From the IMG/VR virus record IMGVR_UViG_3300024991_000018: DNA of 64,000 nucleotides; one strand, written 5' to 3'. Shown piece by piece: positions 1 through 12,989 of the stretch (the first letter of the stretch is position 1; every line of letters begins with the position of its first letter). This DNA is from a virus. Both the position numbers and the translations under genes were made by a program. The notes under the pieces are model-generated. The model made no database searches. It saw only the letters and a list, made by a program, of their open reading frames with translations, and was not told where the DNA came from.

Positions 1-33
1 GAATATTAGACCGAAGGTTTAGTATTCTTCCGA

Positions 34-2000
34 ATTGTAACAGTTTTGAAAGACAGCAATGCTGTCTTTCAAAATTACAGGCATTTATCAAAAATATATG
101 ATTTTACATTTAGTCTCATATTGGATTAATTGGATAGTGATCTATTTGAATTTAAAGTTATTTTTACTGGTTTACTTCTTCTTGACAGTGATTTTTCTTA
201 AAAATATTAATATTTTTTTTTAATTTTCCAGCTATTCGTTTATATATATATATTATTTTTTTTCCTTTATTTAATAATTAAAAATTATATAGTATTAAAT
301 AAAAATCATATAAAATTGATAGTATATTGTAACAGTTTTAAGGAACAACAATGTTGTCCTTTAAAATTACAGGTGTTTATCAAAAATATATGATTTTTCA
401 TTTAGTCTCATATTGGATTAATTGGATAGTAAAGAGTCTGAAATTAAAGTTATTTTCACTGATTTACTTCTTCTTGACAGTGATTTTTCTTAAAAATATT
501 AATATTTTTTTTAAAAATTTTTTCAGCTATTCTCTTATATATTAATTTTTTTCTTTATTTAATAATTAAAAATTATATAGTATTAAATAAAAATTATATA
601 GAATGATAACAATATTGTAACAGATTTAAAGGACAACAATGTTGTCCTTTAAAATTACAGGTATTTATCAAAAATATATGATTTTTTATTTAGTCTCATA
701 TTGGATTAATTGGATAGTGAACTATCCGAATTTAAAGTTATTTTTACTGGTTTACTTCTTCTTGACAGTGATTTTTCTTAAAAATATTAATATTTTTTTA
801 AAAATTTTTTCAGCTATTTGTTTATATATATTAATTTTTTTTCTTTATTTAATAATTAAAAATTATATAGTATAAATGAAAATCATATAAAATCTGATAA
901 TGTATTGTAACAATTTAAAGGACAACATTGTTGTCCTTTAAAATTACAGATGTTTATCAAAAATATATGATTTCTCATTTAATCTCATATTGGATTAATT
1001 AGATAGCAAAGAGTCCGAAATTAAAATTATTTTCACTGATTTACTTCTTTTAACAGTGATTTTTTTCAAAAATATTAATATTTTTTTAAAAATTTTTTCA
1101 GCTATTCTCTTATATATATTAATTTTTTTTTCTTTAATTAATAATTAAAAATTATATAGTATTAAATGAAAATCATATAAAGTCTGATAATGTATTGTAA
1201 CAATTTAAAGGACAACATTGTTGTCCTTTAAAATTACAGATGTTTATCAAAAATATATGATTTCTCATTTAATCTCATATTGGATTAATTAGATAGCAAA
1301 GAGTCCGAAATTAAAATTATTTTCACTGATTTACTTCTTTTAACAGTGATTTTTCTCAAAAATATTAATATTTTTTAAAAATTTTTTCAGCTATTCTCTT
1401 ATATATATTAATTTTTTTTTCTTTAATTAATAATTAAAAATTATATAGTATAAATGAAAATCATATAAAATCTGATAATGTATTGTAACAATTTAAAGGA
1501 CAACAATATTGTCCTTTAAAAATACAGGTATTTATCAAAAAATATATGATTTTCATTTAGTCTCATATTGGATTAATTGGATAGTGAACTATTTGAATTT
1601 AAAGTTATTTTACTGGTTTACTTCTTCTTGACAGTGAAATTTCTTAAAAATATTAATATTTTTTTTAATTTTTTTCAGCTATTTGTTTATATATATATTA
1701 ATTTTTTTTCTTTATTTAGACGAATACAAAACCCTTTAGGGGTCTTGTATTCTCCTAAAAATTATATAGTATTAAATAAAATAATATAAAATTGATAGTG
1801 TATTGTAACAGATTTAAAGGACAACATTATTGTCCTTTAAAATTACAGATGTTTATCAATTTTATATGATTTTTCATTTATATGAACTCCAAAACGAAGG
1901 TTTAGAGTTTTAATATATTGAATTAATTGTGGAGAACAATAAACATTCAGTTTAGCGTCCTCCTAAAGAGTTTGAAATTAAAATTATATTCATTGTTTTA
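34..2000. repeat. Tandem array A: six full units of ~288-292 bp (one expanded to 320 bp) plus a partial seventh, each with a central palindrome TTTAAAGGACAACA-W-TGTTGTCCTTTAAA
   Basis: ATTGTAACA anchors at 34, 326, 614, 904, 1194, 1482 and 1802; units are near-identical; the array probably continues left of the window. Confidence 0.95.
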
Positions 2001-2469
2001 TTATAAATATCTAAATATCTAAATATTTTAAAAGATCAAATGATCATCCATAACGTCTATGGGTAATATTTTATTTTCTGTATTACATATAATATCAATA
2101 ATTTTTCTGAAATATATTCATATTATTAATATGAATGTTTGTGTATAATATATGTAAGTGTATGGTTAGTAAATATTTTAACAGTTATAAAGTTTGTATC
2201 AAACAATATGTGTCAATATATAAACATGATTTAGTATAATCTCATAAAATTATCAATAGGTAATTGTCTTATGTATAACATAAATAGTATCATATCTGAT
2301 TAAGTGTAAAACTCCTAACGTTTACTTACATCTAGTCAAATATGATGAATTTACGAGTTGATTAAAATACAACCTTAAATATTCTATTTACCACATGACC
2401 ATATATAATATTTGAGACAATAACATACTTTTGAACACAAAATTAATTGTATATATTTTAGACTGTATG

Positions 2470-3300
2470 TTAAATTAACATATATATTTTTCATATGAAG
2501 ATATTACCGTCTTAATATGTTGTGTAGAATTCTCTAGACAAACAGTCAACAATTTTATCGACATATCAAATACCACTATTTTTTTATAGTTAATATTACC
2601 CTCTCCAATGTTATATGTCATAGCAATTTCTTTAAGTTTTTTCTAGGAATTTTTCCAGAATTTTTCTAGAATATTAAAAAAATTATCCTGTATAGAGATA
2701 CAGAAAGTCAAAAATTGACCATTTTCATCACACGCTGGAGTAGTCTTCGGATGACCAAAATAGTGTATTTTTGACCGTTCTCAAAAAAATTACAGAATTC
2801 CAGAGCTTATAATGTGCAAATATGTGTTCTATGGTAACGTCAAAAACTCATACCAAACACATGGTTACCATACATGACGGTAAAATGTAGTTCGTAAATG
2901 ACACAAAGTTAAAATATGACAATTTTCATAGCTATATGAAGGATAATTGAATAAAGAAATTATTTTATCAATCATAATGACAAATAATTTTATCAATCAT
3001 AATGACAAATAATTTGGTAGTGAGTAATTACAATTTGTTTAAAATATTATATACATGTGAATCTGTCATATTGTCAAATCATATATATGTTTATATATAA
3101 TTTGACTGTACCATATTAATATCGGTCATATAATTGTATATATCAATATTGTCAATATTGATATGAATAACCATAATTTATTTAAATGGTATAAATTCTG
3201 ATAGATTGTAACAGTAGTTAATGATTTTCTTTGATGAGAAAACTATTAACTAAACATGCAGTTATCAAAATTTTACATATTGTAAAATAAGATTTAGTTA
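2470..3300. repeat. Non-coding element C, copy 1, directly preceding B-array block 1
   Basis: Colinear similarity to 6840-7650, e.g. CACACGCTGGAGTAGTCTTCGGATGACCAAAA vs GACACGTTGGATTAGTCTTCAGATGACCAAAA, and CATGACGGTAAAAT in both. Confidence 0.85.
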
Positions 3301-6220
3301 CACTGTATCAGAAGAGTCCATATACATTTATAAATAAAATATTCCGATTATATTTATTATATGTATTAATTTATTTTTATATATTAATAAATAAAATATT
3401 AATAAATAATATAATAATAAACATAGACTGTATTAATGTAGTCTAACTAGTATTCATTTTGGATATTATAAATTTTTATTAACCCTTAATAAATGTTGAA
3501 AGTGTACTTCTAAAGAAGTACACTTTCAATCTATTAAACATTTAATAAAGTTTTATATGCTATAAATGAAATTCAGTTATATTACATTAATACTGTCTAA
3601 ATATTTATTCGATTAAAAAGATAATAATTTTGATTTGTTTATGATCTTTTTAGTGGATTTCTTATAACGAGGAAATCCATCAATCTAGTCTACACCTATT
3701 AAAATTTTATATGTTTTAATTTTTAGACTAATCAAACTGTATCAGAATAGTCTGTATAAATTTATTCAAAAATATTCCTATTATATTTGTATTATATATT
3801 AATTTATTTTTTATATTAATAAATAAAATATTAATAAATAATACAATAATAAACATAGACTGTATTAATGTAGTCTAACTAGTGTTCATTTGAAAAATTA
3901 TAATTTTTTATTATCCCTTAACAAATGTTGGAAGTGTCCTTCTTTAGAAGGACACTTCTAACTTAGTAAACATTTAATAAAAACTTATATGTTCTGAATG
4001 AAATTCAGTTATACTGCATTAACACTGTCTAATATTTATTCGTTTAAATGATAATAGTTTTAATTTGTTTTCAATCTCTTTTGGCGGATTTCCTCGTTAG
4101 AGGAAATCCATTAATTTAGTCTACACCTATTAAAATTTTACATATTTTAATTTTTATACTAGTCAGACTGTATCAGAATAATCAACATAAATTTATTTAA
4201 AAATATTCCTATTATATTTGCTTTATATATTAATTTATTTTTATTTATTAATAAATAAAATATTAATAAATAATATAATAATAAACATAGACTGTATTAA
4301 TATAGTCTAACTAGTGTTCATTTGAAAAATTATAATTTTTTATTAGCCCTTAACAAATGTTGAAAATGTTCTTCTTTAGAAGAACACTTTCAACCAGTTA
4401 AACATATAATAAAATTTTATATATTACAAATGAAATTCAGTTATACTACATTAACACTGTCTAAATATTTATTCAATTAAACGGTAATAATTTTGATTTG
4501 TTTTCGATCATCTTTAATGGATTTCCTCGTTAGAGGAAATCTATCAATCTAGTCTACACTTATTAAAATTTTATATGTCTTAATTTTTAAACTAGTCAGA
4601 CTATATCAGAATAATCAACATAAAATTATTGAAAAATATTCCTATTATATTTACTATATATATATTAATTTATTTTTATTTATTAATAAATAAAATATTA
4701 ATAAATAATATAATAATAAACATAGACTGTATTAATGTAATTTAACTAATGTCCATTTTAAAATATATAATTTTTTATTAGCCCTTAACAAATGTTGAAA
4801 CGTTATTCTTTAGAATAACACTTTCAACCAGTTAAACATATAATAAATTTTTATATATTACAAATGAAATTCAGTTATACTATATTAACACAGTCTAGAT
4901 ATTTATTCGATTAAACGATAATAATTTTAATTTGTTTATAATCCCATTTGGTAGATTTCCTCTAACGAGGAAATCTATCAATCTAGCCTACATCTATTAA
5001 AATTTTATATGTCTTAAATTTTGTACTAGTCAGACTGTATCAAAATAATCAACATAAATTTATTTAAAAATATTCCTATTATATTTGCTTTATATATTAA
5101 TTTATTTTTATATATTAATAAATAAAATATTAATAAATAATATAATAATAAACATAGACTGTATTAATGTAGCCCAACTAATATTCATTTTAAAATATAT
5201 AATTTTTTATTAGCTCTTGACAAATGTTGAAAGTGTTCTTCTAAAGAAGAACACTTTCAACCCGTTAAATATTTAATAAAACTTTATATGTTTCAAATGA
5301 AATTCAGTTATATTACATTAACAATATCTAGATATTTATTCGATTAAACGATGATAATTTTGATTTATTTTTGACTATCTTTGGTAGATTTCCTCGTTAG
5401 AGGAAATCTATTAATTCAGTTTACACCTATTAAAATTTTACATATTCTAATTTTTGAACTAGTCAGATTGTATCAGAATAGTCTATGTAAAATTATTGAA
5501 AAATATTCCTATTATATTTGTTATATATATTAATTTATTTTTTTATATTAATAAATAAAATATTAATAAATAATACAATAATAAACATAGACTGTATTAA
5601 TATAGCCTAACTAGTATCCATTTTGAAAATTATAATTTTTTATTAGCCCTTAACAAATGTTGAAAGTGTCCTTCTAAAGAAGAACACTTTCAACCCGTTA
5701 AATATATAATAAAATTTTATATGATGTAAATGAAATTCAGTTATACTATATTAACACTGTCTAAATATTTATTCAATCAAACAGCAATAATTTTGATTTG
5801 TTTTCGATTATCTTTGGTAGATTTCCTCTAACGAGAAAATCTATCAATCTAATCTACACTTATTAAAATTTTACATATATGAATTTTTGGATTATTTGGA
5901 TTATATCAGAAGCGTCCATGTAAATTTATTCAAAAATATTCTGATTATATTTATTATATATATTAATTTTATTTTTTTATATTAATAAATAAAATAGTAA
6001 TAAATAATACATTTAAAAACATAGACTGTATTAATGTAGTCTAATTAGTATCCATTTTAAAAATTATAATTTCTTGTTAGCTCTTAACAAATGTTGATAT
6101 TATTCTTTTCAAAATGAATGTTATCAGTTAAATGTATATTTAACAAATTTTTATATGTTTTTAATAAAATCTAATTACATTATATTGGTATTGTCTATAC
6201 ATTTAATAAGTAATTTAATT
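3293..6220. repeat. Tandem array B, block 1: ~7 units of ~433 bp with two nested palindromes per unit (MITE-like)
   Basis: AAACATAGACTGTATTAAT recurs every ~432-435 bp; palindrome P1 TTGAAAGTGTNNTTCT-WW-AGAANNACACTTTCAA at 3496, 3928, 4360, 4795, 5227, 5660; palindrome P2 GATTTCCTC-N4-GAGGAAATC. Confidence 0.95.
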
Positions 6221-6839
6221 ATTGATATAGACAATCTCATGTATATTTTTTGTATAATCTCAACAAATTTTGTTTATTGAAATTACGCTGTGTATAATAC
6301 GTACGGCATTATATCTGGTTAAATTAAAACGACGTTAGGTGTTCTACACATGACCAAATATAGTGAGTCAATCTTAATACGTCAATAATATCCAATGAAT
6401 AATTTTTTGTGAATGTATACTCTCACGAATGCACAAATATATACACATATGGTAAAAATGTTTAAGTGTAAAAGTATAATTCTGCATAACATCTACAAAA
6501 TACTTATTGGTAATTATTTTATGTACAATACGAACAGTATCATATTCAGTTAAATATGAAACTTTCAATGTCGTTCTTTTGATACTGTCCCACATTTAAC
6601 TAGATGTAACAAGTTTATAAAATGGTTTAGATACATGGAAGATTTTTTATTATATAAAATTATGTGATATGCATACAATTACATGTACTAAGATATGAAT
6701 TTTAAGATGTAATCTATTTAATGGGAGATATACTAACATACAGTTTCAAATATTATGCTTATTTGTTGACTGTATGTAATATTTAAGGCTATATTATATT
6801 CTTAAACACAAAATTGACATTATGAGCTTTAAGTTGATT

Positions 6840-7650
6840 GTTATACTAACATATATATTTTTTTTATATGCAGATGTTATCGTCTCGAAATCTTACAAAA
6901 AATGTAGAACAAACAATTGATAATTTTACCGACATGGTAATTACAATAATTTTTAACAACTGATATTACCCTACTCAATGATATACGATACAATTATTTC
7001 TTTAAAATTTTTCCAGAAAATTTCCAGAAAAATTCTGGAATATTAAAAAAATTTTCTGTATCTATACCCAGAAAGTTAAAAATAGGTCACTTTCAAGACA
7101 CGTTGGATTAGTCTTCAGATGACCAAAATTCATGAATTTTAACTGTTCTCAAAAAAATCCCAGAATTCTGGAGCCTAAAGTGCATAAATATGACCTCTAT
7201 GGTAATGTTGAAAACTTGTACCAAATACGTAGTAACTATACATGACGGTAAAATACAGTCTGTAAATGATTCAAAGTTAAAATATAATAAAATTCATACC
7301 TGTATGAAGGGTGTCCAAACAAATGTGATAATTTATAAATCATAATGTTAAATAACATGGTAATGGATAAACGTAAAATGTTATAAATATTATATGTAAA
7401 TGGATCTGTTGTATTGTCAATAAAATGAATATATTCATATGTAATTTAACCACACTGTGACGATGTCAATCAAATAATTATGTATAAATATAGACCACAC
7501 CAGTATGGATAATTACAATCTATTTAAATATCATAAAATTAATAGATTGTAAAAGTAATTGGTAGTTTTCATTGAAAAGAAAAACTATTAATATAACGTA
7601 CAGTTATTAATTTTATATGTTATAAATAAGATCTAGTTAGACTATATCAG
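6840..7650. repeat. Non-coding element C, copy 2, directly preceding B-array block 2
   Basis: Diverged direct copy of 2470-3300 at ~4.35 kb offset. Confidence 0.85.
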
Positions 7651-10330
7651 TACTATCTGATGAATACTAGACTCTTTAAGAGATTTAGTATCCTTGATTA
7701 TGTTAACAATAAAATGAAAGTTTTTGTTTTGCTAAAATTTTAATTTTCACGCACAAACATTTGAAGATAAAAATGTTATGAATTTTACCTCATAAAACAG
7801 CAGATTCATTAGAGTTTTAATATTTTATGAAATTCTTACAATATCTCGAAGAAAATATTAATAAATAATATAATATTGAACATAAACAATATTAATGTAG
7901 TTTAACTAATATTCAAAATGAATATTATAAGTTTTTGATAGATCTTGACAAATATTGATAATATTCCTCTTGGAAGAATATTATCAACCCAGCGTATGTG
8001 TATCAAAATTTATATATTTAATGAAGTATAGTTATATCACATTAATATTGTCTGAATATTTATACATTAGAACATAATAATTTTTACTTGATTTTAGATA
8101 CCAATTGGAAGATTTCTTCTGATAAAGAAATCTGTCAGTTCAGCCTATAGTTATTAAAATTTTATACATTTAAAAATTTGGACTAGTCAGACTGTGTCAA
8201 AATAGTCCATATAATTTTATTCAAAAATATTCCTATTATATTTGTTATATATATTAATTTATTTTTTTATATTAATAAATAAAATATTAATAAATAATAT
8301 AATAATAAACATAGACTGTATTAATGTAGTCTAACTAGTATTCATTTTGAATATTATAATTTTTTATTAGCCCTTAACAAATGTTGAAAGTGTCTTTCTA
8401 AAGAAAGACACTTTCAACCCGTTAAATATATAATAAAGTTTTATATGTTATAAATGAAATTCAGTTATACTATATAAACACTGTCTAAATGTTTATTCAA
8501 TTAAATGATAATATTTTTAATTTGTTTTCAATCATCTTTAGTGGATTTCCTCGTTAGAGGAAATCCGTCAACCTATTTTACATCTATTAAAATTTTATAT
8601 GTCTTAAATTTTGGACTAGTCAGACTGTATCAGAATAGCCCACATAAATTTATTCAAAAATATTCTGATTATATTTATTATATATATTAATTTATTTTTA
8701 TATATTAATAAATAAAATATTAATAAATAATATAATAATAAACATAGACTGTATTAATGTAGTTTAACTAGTATTCATTTTGAATATTATAATTTTTTAT
8801 TAACCCTTAACAAATGTTGAAAGTCTTCTTCTTTAGAAGAAGACTTTCAACCCGTTAAATATTTAATATAGTTTTATATGTTTCAAATGGGTTATAGTTA
8901 CATCGCATTAATACAGTCTATATATTTATTCGATTAAATGACAATAATTTAATTTTTTTTATGATCTTCTTTAGTAGATTTTCTCGCTAGAGAAAATCCA
9001 TCAATTTAGTTTACACCTATTAAAATATTACATGTCTTAAATTTTAGACTAGTCAGACTGTATCAGAATAACCAACACAAAATTATTGAAAAATATTCCT
9101 ATTATATTTATTATATATATTAATTTTATTTTTTTATATTAATAAATAAAATATTAATAAATAATATAATAATAAACATAGACTGTATTAATATAGTCTA
9201 ACTAGTGTTCATTTGAAAAATTATAATTTTTTATTAGTCCTTAACAAATGTTGAAAGTGTTATTCTAAAGAATAACACTTTCAACCCGTTAAATATTTAA
9301 TAAAGTTTTATATACTATAAATGAATTTCAGTTATATTACATTAACACTGTCTAGATATTTATTCGATTAAACGTTTATAATTTTGATTTGTTTTTGATT
9401 ATCTTTGGTAGATTTTCTCTAGCGAGAAAATCTATCAATCTAGTCTACACTTATTAAAAATTTATATGTCTTAATTTTTAGACTAGTCAGACTGTATCAG
9501 AATAGTCTGTATAAATTTATTCAAAAATATTCTGATTATATTCATTATATATATTAATTTATTTTTATATATTAATAAATAAAATATTAATATATAATAC
9601 AATAATAAACATAGACTGTATTAATGTAGTCCAACTAATATTCATTTTGGATATTATAATTTTTTATTAGCTCTTAACAAATGTTGAAAGTGTCCTTCTT
9701 TAGAAGGACACTTTCAACCTGTTAAACATATAATAAAGTTTTATATGTTTTAAATAGGTTGTAGTTACATCATATTAATTCTGTCTATATATTCACTTAA
9801 TTAAATGATATAATTTTAGTCAAATATCAATCTTTGTTGATAGGTTTCCTCATTAAAGAGAATCTACCAATTTAATATAAACCTAATAAAATATTACATG
9901 TCTTAATTTTTAAACTAGTCAGACAGTATCAGAATAATCCACATACAAATATTCAAAAATATTCTGATTATTTTTCTTTGCGTGAACGCAAAGAAAAATG
10001 AGATGTTGCGAATTTCGCCCTGCGAAATTCTTGCAACATCGTATATTTATTATATATATTAATTTAATTTTTTATGTTGGTAAATAAAATAGCAATGAAT
10101 AATACAATTAAAATAAAGACTGTATTAATGTAGTACAAACAGTATCAATTTGACAAATTGTGAAATTTTGATAGCACTTAACAAATGACGATAGAATTTC
10201 TTGATAAAGAAATTTTATCAATCCGTTACAAATTATCAAAATTTCACATACTGTCAAAAACTATACATATACACAACATTAATACAATCTATAAATTCTC
10301 TCATGACATTCAAATAATTTTAATATTACC
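7630..10330. repeat. Tandem array B, block 2: ~6 units, first and last degenerate
   Basis: P1 at 8384, 8817, 9251, 9684, with degenerate versions near 7955 and 10185. Confidence 0.95.
9971..10041 (+). mobile_element. 71-bp double-hairpin element (family E) inserted in a B unit
   Basis: TTTTTCTTTGCG-TGAA-CGCAAAGAAAAA followed by GATGTTGCGAATTTCGC-CCT-GCGAAATTCTTGCAACATC; absent from sibling B units; flanked by TA on both sides. Confidence 0.8.
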
Positions 10331-10582
10331 ATGAAATCAATAATTTTATGATATTTCAAATATTTATTTTCACCTTATACACTCCAAATTAAAATACAAA
10401 ACATTTTGTCGACAATATCTATTTAATAAATTACCATTATCATGAAATAGTCTCAACCCAAATTAATTTCATCCACCATATGATCATCATTAATAAACAT
10501 ATTTTATCCGTTACATATACATCCCAATTACACAATATATGATATATTTCAATTCTTTTTCAGAAAATTAAAAAATTTTTTA

Positions 10583-10590
10583 AAAATTGA
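10583..10590 (+). promoter_or_regulatory. AAAATTGA motif (Mimivirus-type early promoter) ~90 bp upstream of ORF 10682
   Basis: Exact octamer; chance hits are frequent in AT-rich DNA. Confidence 0.4.
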
Positions 10591-10681
10591 TTTTTAAATT
10601 AAAAAAAATTCACCTTAAATCTGAATATTAACTAAAAAGAAATTTTAATCAAAGCGACTTACCCAGCGAAAAAATTAAAAG

Positions 10682-12472
10682 ATGTTTGTCAACGGTGATG
10701 TGAACGGTGGAAACACTGTATCATTTATGTTGTCTAAGTCCACACACAGTATCGTTGATATTAATGTGGCAGAAATGAAATACCGACACCCAACTTCATT
10801 CATTCATTTGATGTCTGAAGATGAGGCTGTCAGTATGATATATTATAAGAGATACCATGACTTCATTGATTTATCACATAAATCAGTGAACATGGTTGAC
10901 GTATATTGGGAGCTTAATAAACAATACTTATTAAGCTCTAGCAGATGTAATGAAATTAGTTCAAGGAGAAACTTATCAATTGATAAGGTTCTTCTTAACT
11001 ATTTCAAAAATAATGTAAATATAACCCCATCTCAAGTCTCTAACATCATATATACAGAGATAATCAATGAATTATACATGAGACTTGAATGGGAAGAAAG
11101 TAAATTATATGATGCTATCAAATCCTTCCGTTTAGTGAATTTTGATATTACCATAGAAGATATTGATAAGTGGAAATGTAAATACGCTGAGCTCGAGGAA
11201 CAGAATCGTGTGAAGTGGCTTACATATCTATTTAAAGTGTTAAATGATGTTTTCAAGAACAATATAATTAATTTTGTTAGTGATGATATTACCGACGAAA
11301 TCAAAAATTTAGTGTTAAATGAACAAATAATTCCTTCTAGTAATTTTGATCTTTATGAAAGTGAAAGATTTAATTATTTGTTTGAAGTAGATATGAGCAA
11401 GATTGTTTTAGATGATGGTTTATGGAAAATTATTGAAGGTGAAAAAATCATCACAACTGCAAAAATTAATTCGGGATATACAAGAAATACTGACAAAATT
11501 GTATCATTTAAAACATTTTATACCTCAACAATTAAAGATGATATTATGGGAAATTCTGATAAATCTGATAAATCTGATACAAATTGCTGTACAATAAACA
11601 ACAATAAAGATAAATATTCCAGACGTAAACAATTACAGGAAGAAATGTTTGGTAAATTTAATGCAGGAACATATCGTAAGGATGAATCGATAATTAATAT
11701 CATTAGGAAACAATATGGAAATATTGATAGAAAAACTATGCGTGAAATTAATAGGGACAGATATTCATCGAGTAATTCAAATAATGATTTTGTTTCCAAA
11801 CAATATGAGAGTACCAGCAGAAAAACCATAAATAAAAATAACACAGAATCACAACCAGTAAATAATAATTTTGTCATAAAACAATCTGAAGGTATTGATA
11901 GAAAAACCATGCGCCAGAATAATAGAGATAAATATTTGTCAAATAATACAGACGTACAACCTGAAAATACTGATAGAAAAATCACACGCGAAAATATTAG
12001 AGATCAATATTTATCATGTAAACCAGATATACAATCAGTAAATAGTAAATTTATTGACAAAAAAACTATAAGGGAAAATAATATGGATCGTTACCTGGAA
12101 AAGAAATCAGAATATAATAAATTAGATATTGTTAAAGCTGAATCAGTTGAAATAGATGATGATGATATGAAATACTATGAAATTGTTGAAGAATCAGATG
12201 TGATGAAATATTTGGATTATTTTCATTTCATATTTTTCAGAAAGTGTGGTAAATTCTATGTTCATAGACATCATTTTGAAAACATAACAAGAATGTATAA
12301 CAAATGTAAGAAATATTCATTGAAAGTAGGTGATTTTGTTAGTAAGATATATAAAACTACTTTGTCTAATGACAGAAAATTCAAAACATCTCATATTGGG
12401 TCGTTATTCAAAAATAACAAGTTGAATTTGGGTTATTATCTCCCCAGTATGTTTGATCCAGTTATGAATTAA
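10682..12472 (+). CDS. Hypothetical protein (596 aa) with ~5 internal DRKT(M/I)RxxNRDxY repeats
   Basis: Long ORF; repeats IDRKTMREINRDRY, IDRKTMRQNNRDKY, TDRKITRENIRDQY, IDKKTIRENNMDRY; family not recognised. Confidence 0.85.
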   Translation: MFVNGDVNGGNTVSFMLSKSTHSIVDINVAEMKYRHPTSFIHLMSEDEAVSMIYYKRYHDFIDLSHKSVNMVDVYWELNKQYLLSSSRCNEISSRRNLSIDKVLLNYFKNNVNITPSQVSNIIYTEIINELYMRLEWEESKLYDAIKSFRLVNFDITIEDIDKWKCKYAELEEQNRVKWLTYLFKVLNDVFKNNIINFVSDDITDEIKNLVLNEQIIPSSNFDLYESERFNYLFEVDMSKIVLDDGLWKIIEGEKIITTAKINSGYTRNTDKIVSFKTFYTSTIKDDIMGNSDKSDKSDTNCCTINNNKDKYSRRKQLQEEMFGKFNAGTYRKDESIINIIRKQYGNIDRKTMREINRDRYSSSNSNNDFVSKQYESTSRKTINKNNTESQPVNNNFVIKQSEGIDRKTMRQNNRDKYLSNNTDVQPENTDRKITRENIRDQYLSCKPDIQSVNSKFIDKKTIRENNMDRYLEKKSEYNKLDIVKAESVEIDDDDMKYYEIVEESDVMKYLDYFHFIFFRKCGKFYVHRHHFENITRMYNKCKKYSLKVGDFVSKIYKTTLSNDRKFKTSHIGSLFKNNKLNLGYYLPSMFDPVMN

Positions 12473-12989
12473 ACATTGTATTATTGTTATTGTAAATATA
12501 TAGGAATTTTTGATATTTTGTAAATAATCAATTATATTGTGTTTTTCTCGGATATTTATCATGTAATTTAATTTATTGCTAATCAGAAATTATCAACCAT
12601 TACATATACTGTATGTCGTTTTCAGATGTATTATGTATGTTAATCATGAATATAAAGTAATATAAATCTATTTTTTTTCGGCGATTGTACTATTAGAAAA
12701 AATTATTTCATTACAAGTGTTTTATATCTTATATTAAACATATTGGAAAAATAAATATTTAGCTGTTTGTTTATATCATTATGTTAAAATAACAAGGTAT
12801 TAAATTATATTGTGAAATAAATACTTTACTTCTTGTTCGAATTGTTTGCTTAAAATCGTATTAGACACATATATGTGTAATTATCTTTTTCTTACAAAAC
12901 ATATCAAGTAATAATGTTAAACCAGACATTTTGTTATAAATACATATTTACAAGATCACATCAAAATAAATATTTTTATAACTTGTTGG

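Noticed and set aside
351..8690. Short ORFs at 351, 639, 1577, 6374 and 8505
   Set aside because: Most lie within repeat units and are not open in sibling units; all have F/I/L/K/Y-biased, AT-driven composition
3293..10330. B arrays as CRISPR arrays
   Set aside because: Units are ~433 bp and homologous along their whole length; there are no unique spacers or cas genes
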